A stretch of DNA of 64,000 bases, taken from positions 1,968-65,967 of the forward strand of contig JAFVVI010000024.1 in the NCBI GenBank assembly GCA_017502265.1, in the 5' to 3' direction. The notes beneath the pieces are model-generated. The model did no database searches. It saw only the letters and a program-made list of their open reading frames with translations, and was not told the origin of the DNA. The position numbers and the translations under genes were made by a program. This document shows positions 55,442 to 64,000 of this stretch, piece after piece; position 1 is the stretch's first letter; each line of letters starts with the position of its first letter. The stretch comes from Oscillospiraceae bacterium. GTDB taxonomy: Bacteria; Bacillota; Clostridia; Oscillospirales; Oscillospiraceae.

Positions 55442-56419
55442 ATGACAAGAGTTTGCATAACAGTGCTGGTATCCGCAGCGCTGACGGGCGTTATCGGCTA
55501 TTTTCTGCTGCCGCTGCTCCGGGCGTTGAAGGCCGGCCAGTCCATTCGCCAGATCGGACCTACCTGGCATAACAGTAAGGCCGGCACGCCTATGATGGGC
55601 GGATTGATGTTTATTGCATCGCTGGTTATTTGCCTGCTGATTCAGATTCCTTCCATACAGAGCAAAACGGTTTTCTATGTACTGGGTCTGGGCCTGTGCT
55701 TTGGCCTGGTGGGATTTTTAGATGACTTTTTCAAACTGAAATTTAAGCGGAATCTGGGCCTGACGGCATTGCAGAAGGCGATGCTGCAGATGGCGGTGTC
55801 TGCGCTGTACCTTTACCTGCTGCTTTTGGAAGGCAGTCTGACAAAGAATATTTACATCCCCTTTGTGGAAACGCCAATTCCGGTCCACCCTATGTTGTAT
55901 ATTTTCTTTGCCATGTTCGTGATGGTGGGTTGCGTCAATGCGGTAAACCTGACCGATGGCGTAGACGGCCTGTGCGGCAGTGTAACTGTACCGGTGATGG
56001 CATTTTTTGCTGCGGTGGCGGTGGCCAGACAAAGATTCGACTTGGCCTTGTTGCCGGCAGCGCTGGCAGGCGGCTTGATTGCTTACCTGTTTTATAACTG
56101 GCATCCGGCAAAGGTGTTTATGGGAGATACCGGCTCGCTGTTTTTAGGCGGTATTGTCTGCGGAATGGCCTTTGCGCTGGATATGCCTGTGGTGCTGCTG
56201 CTGATTGGCCTTGTGTATATCGTGGAGACCCTTTCGGTGATCCTGCAGGTGGGTTATTTTAAACTGACCCACGGCAAGCGTTTGTTCAAAATGTCTCCCA
56301 TTCACCATCATTTTGAGATGTGCGGCTGGAAGGAAGAGAAGATCTGCCTGGTGTTCACCGGGATCACCGTTTTAATGTGCGTGATCGCTTGGATCGGCGT
56401 AAGGGGTCACATTATCTAA
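55442..56419 (+). CDS. mraY: Phospho-MurNAc-pentapeptide transferase
   Basis: KAGTPMMGG, GFLDD, NAVNLTDGVDGL, FMGDTGS, PIHHHFE. Confidence 0.97.
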   Translation: MTRVCITVLVSAALTGVIGYFLLPLLRALKAGQSIRQIGPTWHNSKAGTPMMGGLMFIASLVICLLIQIPSIQSKTVFYVLGLGLCFGLVGFLDDFFKLKFKRNLGLTALQKAMLQMAVSALYLYLLLLEGSLTKNIYIPFVETPIPVHPMLYIFFAMFVMVGCVNAVNLTDGVDGLCGSVTVPVMAFFAAVAVARQRFDLALLPAALAGGLIAYLFYNWHPAKVFMGDTGSLFLGGIVCGMAFALDMPVVLLLIGLVYIVETLSVILQVGYFKLTHGKRLFKMSPIHHHFEMCGWKEEKICLVFTGITVLMCVIAWIGVRGHII

Positions 56420-56428
56420 GAAGGAGTT

Positions 56429-57601
56429 ATGGCATTGCAGAATCCTCTGAATGCCAAAGAGAACCGCCGTCTGATAAAAAGACAGACGGGAGAAGGTGTT
56501 GACCTTGTATTTTTGCTGCTACTGCTGACCTTGTTGGTCATTGGCCTTGTTATGCTCTACTCAGCCAGTTCTGCGCAAAGTGAGTACGATACCGGTTATA
56601 CCCAATCCACACGCTACCTGCAAAAGCAGGGCCTGTGCGCCGTGATCGGACTGATCGCAATGGCGATTCTCAGCCGGATCCCCCCGGAATTCTGGCTGCG
56701 CTGGGCGTGGGTGCTGTACGGTATCAGTATTGCGCTGCTGCTGTCTGTGCTTCTGTTCGGTCAGTCGGTCAATGGCGCAAAGCGCTGGATCAATATCGGC
56801 GGCCTGCAGTTTCAGCCATCAGAAATCGCAAAATTTACCATGATCGTCCTGTTTGCTAAGTTGACCCGGGATTTCGGAAAGCGCGCCCGGCAATTTGGTC
56901 GGGGTGTCTTGGGTTTTGGCGGAGCGTTATTGGGCATTCTTGTGCCGCTGGCGCTGGAAAAGCATCTGTCTGCCATTATGCTGATGGGTATGGTGGCAGT
57001 GGTGATGATGTTTGTGGCCGGTACCCACCCCAAATGGCTGTTGGCCGGGGCAGGGGCTGCGGCGCTGTTTGTGGTGGTGTATATCAGCCTGATGGGTTAC
57101 GCCGGCGACCGGGTGACCGCGTGGCTGCACCCGGAGCAGGACCCTTCCGATACCGGTTATCAGATCCTGCAATCTCTGTATGCCATCGGCTCCGGCGGCC
57201 TGTTTGGCTTGGGCCTTGGCAAGAGCCGGCAGAAATATTTATATTTACCCTTCCAGTACAATGACTATATCTTCGCCATCATCTGCGAGGAGCTGGGTCT
57301 TGTGGGCGCGGTGCTGATCGTAGCGCTGTTTGCCGCGCTGATCCTGCGGGGATACTGGATTGCATTGCACGGCACCAGTCGGTTTCACACCGTCCTGGCC
57401 TCAGGTCTTACCACCTTGATCGCCGTGCAAACCATTTTGAATTTGGGCGTTGTGACCAATCTGCTGCCCTCTACCGGCATCGCGCTGCCGTTTTTCTCTT
57501 ACGGGGGAACGGCCCTGGCGGTGAATTTGGGGGAGATGGGGATACTGCTTAGTATATCCCGCTACCGGCACAGATCGGCCCAACAGGAGGAAACAGTATG
57601 A
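56429..57601 (+). CDS. ftsW: SEDS peptidoglycan polymerase FtsW/SpoVE
   Basis: NGAKRWI, QPSEIAK, GYQ..QS..AIGSGG, LPFFSYGG. Confidence 0.9.
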   Translation: MALQNPLNAKENRRLIKRQTGEGVDLVFLLLLLTLLVIGLVMLYSASSAQSEYDTGYTQSTRYLQKQGLCAVIGLIAMAILSRIPPEFWLRWAWVLYGISIALLLSVLLFGQSVNGAKRWINIGGLQFQPSEIAKFTMIVLFAKLTRDFGKRARQFGRGVLGFGGALLGILVPLALEKHLSAIMLMGMVAVVMMFVAGTHPKWLLAGAGAAALFVVVYISLMGYAGDRVTAWLHPEQDPSDTGYQILQSLYAIGSGGLFGLGLGKSRQKYLYLPFQYNDYIFAIICEELGLVGAVLIVALFAALILRGYWIALHGTSRFHTVLASGLTTLIAVQTILNLGVVTNLLPSTGIALPFFSYGGTALAVNLGEMGILLSISRYRHRSAQQEETV

Positions 57602-58728
57602 ATGTGATATTTACCTGCGGCGGCACGGGCGGCCATATCAACCCTGCCATTGCGGTGGCAAATAACTGGAAGGAACGGCATCCCGACAGTAACATTCTCT
57701 TCATTGGCGGCGAGGGCTATATGGAAGAAAAATTGGTGCCCAAAGCCGGCTATAAGCTGGAGCTGGTGAGCGCCTGCGGTCTGGAGCGAAAACTGTCATT
57801 CTCCGCTATCCGCAATAACTTTCTTGCGGTGAAAAGCGCCATAGATGCCGTTAAAAAGTGCAAGAAGATCATTCGGGAATTTGGCGCAGATGTGGTGGTA
57901 GGCACTGGCGGCTTTGCCAGCTTCGCCGCGTTGTATGCAGCCAAAAAGCTGAAAGTCCCCACCTGTGTTCACGAGGCCAATGCCATGCCGGGTCTGACCA
58001 CCCGAATGGTTTCCGGCTGGGTAGATAAGGTGCTGGTGTGTTTCCCGGAAAGCGCCAATTATTACAAAGACAAATCCAAGGTGGAAGTGGTGGGAATGCC
58101 CGTCCGCCGGGAGTTTGTCTATACGAAAAAAACTGATGCCCGCCGGGAACTGGGCTTAGGCGATCAGCCTCTGGTGGTGTCTGCTTTCGGCAGCCAGGGC
58201 GCCAAGGCGATGAACGAGGTGACTGCCAAGCTGTTCCGTCTGGAAATGGATTCCGGATATCCTTTCCGCCATATCCATGCAGTGGGCAGCTACGGCTGGA
58301 AATGGATGCCGGATTATATCCGCCGGCAGGGCGTTGACCTGCAGGGCAATCCGGCGATCACCATTCAGGAGTATATCTACAATATGCCTACACTGATGGC
58401 TGCGGCGGATGTGTTCATCAGCCGGGCGGGGGCGTCCAGCTGCAGCGAGATCGCTGCATCCGGTACACCCTGTATTCTGATCCCATCTCCCAATGTGACC
58501 GATAATCATCAGGAGAAAAATGCAAGAGCCCTGGAGCGACAGGGCGGCGCCATCGTGATTACGGAAAAGGAATGCACCCCTCAGCGACTGCACCGCGAGA
58601 TCACGGATCTGCTGGCAGATAAGGACCGCTACGATGCTATGAGCCGCGCTCTGTATGCTATGGCCGTGCCCGATAGCGCGGAGCGTCTTTGCACCGTGAT
58701 GGAGCAGCTGGCAAGAAATAAGGAGTAA
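57598..58728 (+). CDS. murG: Lipid II GlcNAc transferase MurG
   Basis: GGTGGHINP, HEANA.PG, GSQGA, SRAGA, HQEKNA. Confidence 0.96.
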   Translation: MNVIFTCGGTGGHINPAIAVANNWKERHPDSNILFIGGEGYMEEKLVPKAGYKLELVSACGLERKLSFSAIRNNFLAVKSAIDAVKKCKKIIREFGADVVVGTGGFASFAALYAAKKLKVPTCVHEANAMPGLTTRMVSGWVDKVLVCFPESANYYKDKSKVEVVGMPVRREFVYTKKTDARRELGLGDQPLVVSAFGSQGAKAMNEVTAKLFRLEMDSGYPFRHIHAVGSYGWKWMPDYIRRQGVDLQGNPAITIQEYIYNMPTLMAAADVFISRAGASSCSEIAASGTPCILIPSPNVTDNHQEKNARALERQGGAIVITEKECTPQRLHREITDLLADKDRYDAMSRALYAMAVPDSAERLCTVMEQLARNKE

Positions 58729-58732
58729 CGCA

Positions 58733-59656
58733 ATGAATACCAAAGAGAGAAATACAACACAGGCAAGCCCGACCCGGCGCACAAAAGCACCCAATGGGCA
58801 GCCTGCCAAAAGACCGGAGCCAAAGGTTCGGTATACCCCGGCAAAAACCTTCAGCCGCAATCGTTTTTTGCTGCATTTGGCGACGGTGGCAGCGGTGGTG
58901 CTGGCGCTGGTGCTGGGTATGTCCATCTTCTTTAAGGCAAACAGGATCAATGTATCCGGCGCTACGAAATATACCCCCTGGGAAATCCGGGAAGCCTCCG
59001 GTATTCAGGACGGCGATGCCCTGCTGAGCTTGAGCGAGGCGAAGATCAGCGCAAATGTCCGCGCAAAGCTTCCTTATGTTGGCGATGTCCGTGTGGGAAT
59101 AAAACTGCCGGATACGGTTAATATTGAAATTACAGAGCTGGAAGTGGTCTATGCCGTGGAGGCGGTGGATGCCACCTGGTGGCTGCTGGATGCTTCCGGC
59201 CGTGTGGTGGACAGTACCGATGCCGCTGCTGCGAAGGATCACACCCGGATTCTGGGTGTCCGGATTCATAATGCCCAGATCGGCGAGCCTGCAAAGGCCG
59301 CCGAGCCGGAGACTCCCACCGAGAGCCAGGCCGCAACGGGCGTGACAGTGCCCACCCAGCCGCCGGTACCTGCCAGCCAGCTTTTGAATACGGTGGTGCA
59401 GGTCCTGACCGCCCTGGAGAATAACGGCGTGATGGGCGTGATCGATTCTGTGGATGTCTCCGACACAGAGACAATCCTTCTGTGGTACGAAAACCGGTAT
59501 CAGGTTTCCTTGGGTGACGCCTCCCGTTTGGATTACAAAGTGGGCGCCATGAAGTCCTCTATCCAAAAAATGGGTCAGTACCAGACCGGCTATCTGGATG
59601 TCAGCTTCACAATTTGGCCAAATGAGGTGGGTTATAGACCCTTTGAGGGGAAATAA
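58733..59656 (+). CDS. FtsQ/DivIB-family protein
   Basis: Basic N-terminus, TM, POTRA (INVSG..Y, LPYV..V.IKLPDTV.I.ITE). Confidence 0.82.
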   Translation: MNTKERNTTQASPTRRTKAPNGQPAKRPEPKVRYTPAKTFSRNRFLLHLATVAAVVLALVLGMSIFFKANRINVSGATKYTPWEIREASGIQDGDALLSLSEAKISANVRAKLPYVGDVRVGIKLPDTVNIEITELEVVYAVEAVDATWWLLDASGRVVDSTDAAAAKDHTRILGVRIHNAQIGEPAKAAEPETPTESQAATGVTVPTQPPVPASQLLNTVVQVLTALENNGVMGVIDSVDVSDTETILLWYENRYQVSLGDASRLDYKVGAMKSSIQKMGQYQTGYLDVSFTIWPNEVGYRPFEGK

Positions 59657-59669
59657 GGTGTAAAAAATT

Positions 59670-59729
59670 GAAATTCTTTGACAAAAAATAAGAATTTCTA
59701 TTGACCAAATCCATTTTTCGCGATAGAAT
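59670..59729 (+). promoter_or_regulatory. ftsZ sigmaA promoter with upstream inverted repeat
   Basis: TTGACC-17-TAGAAT at 59701-59729; GAAATTCTT-N11-AAGAATTTC at 59670-59698. Confidence 0.65.
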
Positions 59730-59796
59730 ATACAAGTAATATTGTAGTTACCGCAGATGGTAGATCTGCAACACCATACATAGGAGGATTAGCAAT

Positions 59797-60837
59797 ATGG
59801 CAGAGACGTTTCAGGAGCGCGTAGTTAAGATCAAAGTAATCGGTGTCGGCGGTGCCGGCAACAATGTTATCAACCGTATGATCGATGCCGGTGTACAGGG
59901 CGTTGATTTTGTGGTTATCAATACGGATAAGCAGGATTTGAACAAGTCCAATTGCAAGAATAAGATTCAGATCGGTGAGAAGCTCACCGGCGGCATGGGC
60001 GCAGGTTCCAAGCCTGAGATCGGCCAGAAGTCCGCTGAAGAGTCTCGCGCCCAGATCGCAAAGATCCTGGAGAACACCGATATGGTATTCATCACCGCCG
60101 GTATGGGCGGCGGCACCGGTACCGGCGCAGCTCCCATCGTAGCTGACCTGGCCCGTGAGGCAGGCTGCCTGACCGTTGGTATCGTGACCAAGCCCTTCAA
60201 GTTTGAGGGCGCTAACCGTATGCGCCAGGCCGAGACCGGCATTGCAGCGCTGCACGAGAAGGTCGACTCCCTGGTTGTCATTCCCAATGACCGCCTGAAG
60301 TATGTGACCGATCAGAAGATCACCTTTGCCAATGCATTCGGCATCGCTGACGATGTGCTGAAGCAGGCCGTGACCTCTATCTCCGAGCTGGTTGGCTTCT
60401 CTGCAAATGTGATTATCAATCTGGACTTCGCTGACGTTTCCGCTGTTATGAAGGAAGCCGGCCGCGCCCATATGGGTGTTGGCGTTGCTTCCGGCCGCGA
60501 GAAGGCTGAGCAGGCTGCCCTGGCTGCTGTTGCAAGCCCCTTGCTGGAGACCTCTATCAACGGCGCTACCGGCGTTCTGATCAATGTAACCGGTTCTGTG
60601 GATATGACCCTGGATGAAGTTGAGACTGCCGCAGGCATTGTGCAGGAAGCTGCCAATCCCGAAGCCAACATCATCTTCGGCGCTACCTGCACCAACGAGC
60701 TGGAGGACGAGATCCGCGGTACTGTGATCGCTACCGGCTTTGAGCAGAAAGAGACCGTTGAGCAGACCGGCACTGTTGCCAAGAAGACCGGCCTTGCAGA
60801 CGATGATGACGATATCTTCAGCCTGTTCAACCGCTGA
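59797..60837 (+). CDS. ftsZ: Cell division protein FtsZ
   Basis: GVGGAGNN, GGGTGTG, INLDFADV, TVIATGF. Confidence 0.97.
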   Translation: MAETFQERVVKIKVIGVGGAGNNVINRMIDAGVQGVDFVVINTDKQDLNKSNCKNKIQIGEKLTGGMGAGSKPEIGQKSAEESRAQIAKILENTDMVFITAGMGGGTGTGAAPIVADLAREAGCLTVGIVTKPFKFEGANRMRQAETGIAALHEKVDSLVVIPNDRLKYVTDQKITFANAFGIADDVLKQAVTSISELVGFSANVIINLDFADVSAVMKEAGRAHMGVGVASGREKAEQAALAAVASPLLETSINGATGVLINVTGSVDMTLDEVETAAGIVQEAANPEANIIFGATCTNELEDEIRGTVIATGFEQKETVEQTGTVAKKTGLADDDDDIFSLFNR

Positions 60838-60850
60838 TTAAAATGTTTCA

Positions 60851-60883
60851 GACATCCCGGACAGCTGTCCGGGATGTTCTTTT
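60851..60883 (+). terminator. Intrinsic terminator
   Basis: ACATCCCGGACA-GC-TGTCCGGGATGT-TCTTTT. Confidence 0.8.
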
Positions 60884-60913
60884 GCTGCGCATTGTTTCAC
60901 AGGAGGAAGTCCA

Positions 60914-61468
60914 ATGGATTCGACAATTCACCTGCATATCGGTATGCGAAAGATCAAAACTCTGCTAACCATCATCTTGGGCTTTTTGCTTTGGCAGATT
61001 CCTCGCCTGTTTTTCCCTGGGCTGGAAATCCACCCATTGTTTACCTATGCGTATGGTATTTTAGAGATTCGCAATACATCAGAAAACACCAAGACTTTCA
61101 GCGTCTTGCGAATCAAAGCGAATATGGTTGCGTTTGCGACGGCTTTGCTGTTAACGCCTCTGCGGATTTTTATGTATAGCCGCCTGGAGGGAACATCCCT
61201 TTTAACTTGCCTGGATCTTGGGCTGATCATTATTGGTGTCCTGATCGCGCTGACACTTGTGGAACGCCTGCATTGCGGCTCTATGTCAGGCCTTGCTGCG
61301 GCGTACTTTATTATTTTGCTGATATTCTACAACGGTGATAATCCGTATCTGTATGCATTCCTGCGGGCCTCTCAGACCTTGATGGGTATTGCCGTTGCGT
61401 GGCTTGTGAATGTGGTGCTGCTCCCGTACCCCAGCAGAAAACAAAAGAAGGAATCACAAGAAATATGA
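60914..61468 (+). CDS. FUSC/aromatic acid exporter-like membrane protein
   Basis: IGMRKIKT N-terminus; R..T..GI.VA.LVN....PY C-terminus; multiple TMs. Confidence 0.72.
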   Translation: MDSTIHLHIGMRKIKTLLTIILGFLLWQIPRLFFPGLEIHPLFTYAYGILEIRNTSENTKTFSVLRIKANMVAFATALLLTPLRIFMYSRLEGTSLLTCLDLGLIIIGVLIALTLVERLHCGSMSGLAAAYFIILLIFYNGDNPYLYAFLRASQTLMGIAVAWLVNVVLLPYPSRKQKKESQEI

Positions 61469-62214
61469 ATGCTTACAACAACTTGGCTTTCAGCTATGAC
61501 CGGCTGACCAATGATGTGGATTACACCGCCATCGTGGATTTCTATTGGGAAATTCTGGACAGGGAAAGCTTGCGGCCCAGAACGGCAGCGGATCTTGCCT
61601 GCGGCACAGGCTCTGTGGCCTTACTGCTTGCGGAGCGGGGATTGCAAGTGACCGGGGTGGATATGTCAGAGGAAATGCTCTGTGTGGCCGCCCAAAAGGC
61701 GGAGAATACGAAGAACCGTCCCACCTTTGCCTGTCAGTTGCTGCAGAATCTGCACCTGCCCAGAGGGGTGGATCTGGCGGTAAGTGCATTGGACGGCCTG
61801 GATTATATTTTGGACCCCGCCGATTGCAAGCAGGCCATTGCACGGGTCTATAAGGCCTTAAACCCCGGTGGTTGCTTCATCTTCGATGTGAATACACCGG
61901 AAAAGCTTCGGGCCATGGATGGTCAGGTTTTTCTGGATGAGGATGACGATGTGTACTGTGTCTGGCGGGGCGAATTTGACGAGTCGGCCAACATCTGCAC
62001 CTACTGGATGGACCTGTTTCAGAGAACGGGTGACCGTTGGCATCGTAGCTGCGAGGAGCACAGGGAGTATGCCTACACGATTGCGCAACTGACATCCTAC
62101 CTGAAGGCAGCAGGTTTTACTGCTATTGAGGTCTTTGCAGACCGAAAACTCTGCGCTCCCCGGACAGGTGAGCAGCGGATTTACTTCAAAGCAAGAAAGG
62201 GTCGAATCAAATGA
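61465..62214 (+). CDS. Class I SAM-dependent methyltransferase (YqeM-like)
   Basis: DLACGTG, GVDMSEEML, LNPGG.FIFD, EEH.E.AY. Confidence 0.9.
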   Translation: MNAYNNLAFSYDRLTNDVDYTAIVDFYWEILDRESLRPRTAADLACGTGSVALLLAERGLQVTGVDMSEEMLCVAAQKAENTKNRPTFACQLLQNLHLPRGVDLAVSALDGLDYILDPADCKQAIARVYKALNPGGCFIFDVNTPEKLRAMDGQVFLDEDDDVYCVWRGEFDESANICTYWMDLFQRTGDRWHRSCEEHREYAYTIAQLTSYLKAAGFTAIEVFADRKLCAPRTGEQRIYFKARKGRIK

Positions 62215-63101
62215 ATGACTATTTGGTGCGGGGAATGAGTATGGACGGCTTTGTGAAAGTCGTAGCCATTCGCTCTACCCAGTTGGTAAGACGGGGCGCA
62301 CAGATTCAAAATACCACCCCCAACGCCACCGCAGCCTTTGGCCGTGCGCTGACGGCGGCGTCTATGATGGGCAATATGCAAAAGGTGGACAACGGCTCTA
62401 TGACTCTGCAGATCAAGGGCGACGGCCCTATCGGCAGTATCGTGTGCGTATCTGACCCTGTTGGCAATGTCCGGGGTTATGTGTATGAGCCCAATGTGCC
62501 ACTGGTGGAAAAATATCCCGGCAAGCTGGATATCGGCGCCACTGTGGGCACGGACGGTATGCTGACAGTGATCCGTGACCTGCAGATGAAAGAGCCTTAT
62601 GTTGGCTCTGTGCCCCTGGTCTCCGGCGAGATCGGCGACGATGTGACCGCATACTTTGCACAGTCCGAGCAGACCCCTACCGCCTGTGCGCTGGGCGTAC
62701 TGGTGGACCGGGATCAAAGCGTGAAGGTTGCCGGCGGCTATCTGATCCAGCTTTTGCCCGGCGCTCCCGACGAGACCATCGACAAGGTGGAAGCCGGTAT
62801 TAAGCGTGCCGGCGCGGTGACAGCTATGCTGGAGGCTGGCCTGACCCCGGAGGATATTTTGGGCCAGGTTTGCGGCGACCTGGGCGTGGTGTTTATGGAG
62901 ACCACCCCGGTGGCATATAAGTGCTATTGCGACCGTCAGCGGGTCACAGATGCCCTCATCAGTCTTGGTAAAAAAGAACTGACGGAGATCGCTCAGGAGG
63001 GAAAAGATTTCCCTGTGGAATGCCAGTTCTGCGACGAAAAATATTTGTTCACCCCGGCGGATATTCTGCAGATTCTGCAGGATCTTGAGGAGGATGCATA
63101 A
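62211..63101 (+). CDS. hslO: Hsp33 redox-regulated chaperone
   Basis: GDGPIG, GNVRGY, SEQTP, AGGYLIQLLPG, CYC...CQFC Zn centre. Confidence 0.96.
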   Translation: MNDYLVRGMSMDGFVKVVAIRSTQLVRRGAQIQNTTPNATAAFGRALTAASMMGNMQKVDNGSMTLQIKGDGPIGSIVCVSDPVGNVRGYVYEPNVPLVEKYPGKLDIGATVGTDGMLTVIRDLQMKEPYVGSVPLVSGEIGDDVTAYFAQSEQTPTACALGVLVDRDQSVKVAGGYLIQLLPGAPDETIDKVEAGIKRAGAVTAMLEAGLTPEDILGQVCGDLGVVFMETTPVAYKCYCDRQRVTDALISLGKKELTEIAQEGKDFPVECQFCDEKYLFTPADILQILQDLEEDA

Positions 63102-64000
63102 TGGGACTCATCAGCTTTGCCCTGCAGGGCAATTACAAGCGTTACTATGACGATCTGAAGGAACTGTCCAAGACGGTCCGCAAGCCTGCTTGGTATATGT
63201 TCGTGGATACATTTATCTGTACTCTGCGGTATGGCTCTGGCTTGCAGGACTATCTGAACTACCGTTTTTATGAGAAAAAGCATGCCCAGCGGAAGACCTA
63301 TGTGAGTATCGGCTATGTGGACAAGGTCATCACCAAGCTTTCCAATATCAAGTGGTCGCCATATATCTCCAATAAGGCAAATTTTCATAAGAACTACGGC
63401 AAGTATACCCGCCGGGATTTCTACGATCCTGCCAGCGGCTACGAGGCTTTTGAGGACTTTTTGAATCGGCACGAGGTGTTTATTTATAAGCCTCAAATTG
63501 GCCTGGGCGGCAAGGATGTGGCCAAATATGTAACAGCAGAAATTGCGGACAGAAAAGCCTTTTTTCAAGAGGTTGTTGACACCAAGGCCTGTTTGGAGGA
63601 ATTGGTGATCCAACACCCGGCTTGGGAGGCGCTGTGCCCCGGCTGCGTGAATACTCTGCGGGTCATGACCGGCGCGGCCAAGGGTCAGTCCTGGCTTCTG
63701 TATGCCGCGACCCGTATCGGCTCCGGTAAGGGTGTTGTGGATAATTTCCATATGGGCGGCAGCGCGGTGCTCATCGATATGGAAACCGGCAAGCTCACCG
63801 GCAACGGTGTGGATAAAAAGCTTAACTGGGTAGAATACAGTTCCACAGGCGTCCGTTATGACGGCTATCAAGTCCCATACTGGGAGGAGATCAAGGCTCT
63901 GTGCCTGGAGGCCGCATTGGTCAATGACCAGATCCACTTTGTGGGCTGGGATGTGGCCATTACTCCCGACGGCCCTCTGCTGATCGAAGGCAATCGCGGC
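63101..64000 (+). CDS. Sugar-transfer-associated ATP-grasp protein, truncated by window end
   Basis: Not in ORF track (no stop); read from ATG 63101: MGLISFALQGNY...KPQIGLGG...QHP...VNTLRV...VDNFHMGG...VGWDVAITPDGPLLIEGN. Confidence 0.85.
   Translation, partial: MGLISFALQGNYKRYYDDLKELSKTVRKPAWYMFVDTFICTLRYGSGLQDYLNYRFYEKKHAQRKTYVSIGYVDKVITKLSNIKWSPYISNKANFHKNYGKYTRRDFYDPASGYEAFEDFLNRHEVFIYKPQIGLGGKDVAKYVTAEIADRKAFFQEVVDTKACLEELVIQHPAWEALCPGCVNTLRVMTGAAKGQSWLLYAATRIGSGKGVVDNFHMGGSAVLIDMETGKLTGNGVDKKLNWVEYSSTGVRYDGYQVPYWEEIKALCLEAALVNDQIHFVGWDVAITPDGPLLIEGNRG

Overview
Core-chromosome segment of a spore-forming Clostridia-class Firmicute. Gene content and GC-rich coding DNA with AT-rich sigmaA promoters resemble gut Oscillospiraceae (inference). 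Genes in order: PadR-DUF1700-DUF4097 module, htrA, T-box-controlled stand-alone trpB2, thyA-folA, a PG/polysaccharide deacetylase, a YtrA/GntR ABC operon, SAM-I riboswitch-metK, tRNA-Arg(ACG), mutY, yceD-rpmF, der-plsY-MacB-like ABC, mnmA, a GH24 lysozyme with 5 SH3b domains, rpmB, hprK-rluA, a membrane-anchored E2-like acyltransferase with biotin ligase, smc-ftsY-rdgB-yhbY-nadD/yqeK-rsfS-leuS, rpsU, yqeG-aminopeptidase P-efp, spmAB, rsmI, a ferredoxin missed by the ORF track, a clpC paralog, a reduced dcw cluster (murE split by a 1-bp frameshift), hslO and a partial ATP-grasp gene. No prophage, transposase, integrase or CRISPR array was found, and I cannot claim a large new system. Best leads: (i) a ~170-bp multi-hairpin element downstream of tRNA-Arg with direct and inverted copies of the tRNA 3' end/T-arm plus a REP-like palindrome; (ii) two apparently unannotated sporulation genes identified from near-consensus sigmaE and sigmaF promoters (a degenerate GH18-like protein and a ClpC paralog with an altered N-domain); (iii) a membrane-fused E2-like acyltransferase with a His-to-Glu change; (iv) a rhomboid/Derlin-like pseudoprotease with an AN1-like Zn finger; (v) a LeuRS with KMGKR in place of KMSKS; (vi) a structured rpsU leader.
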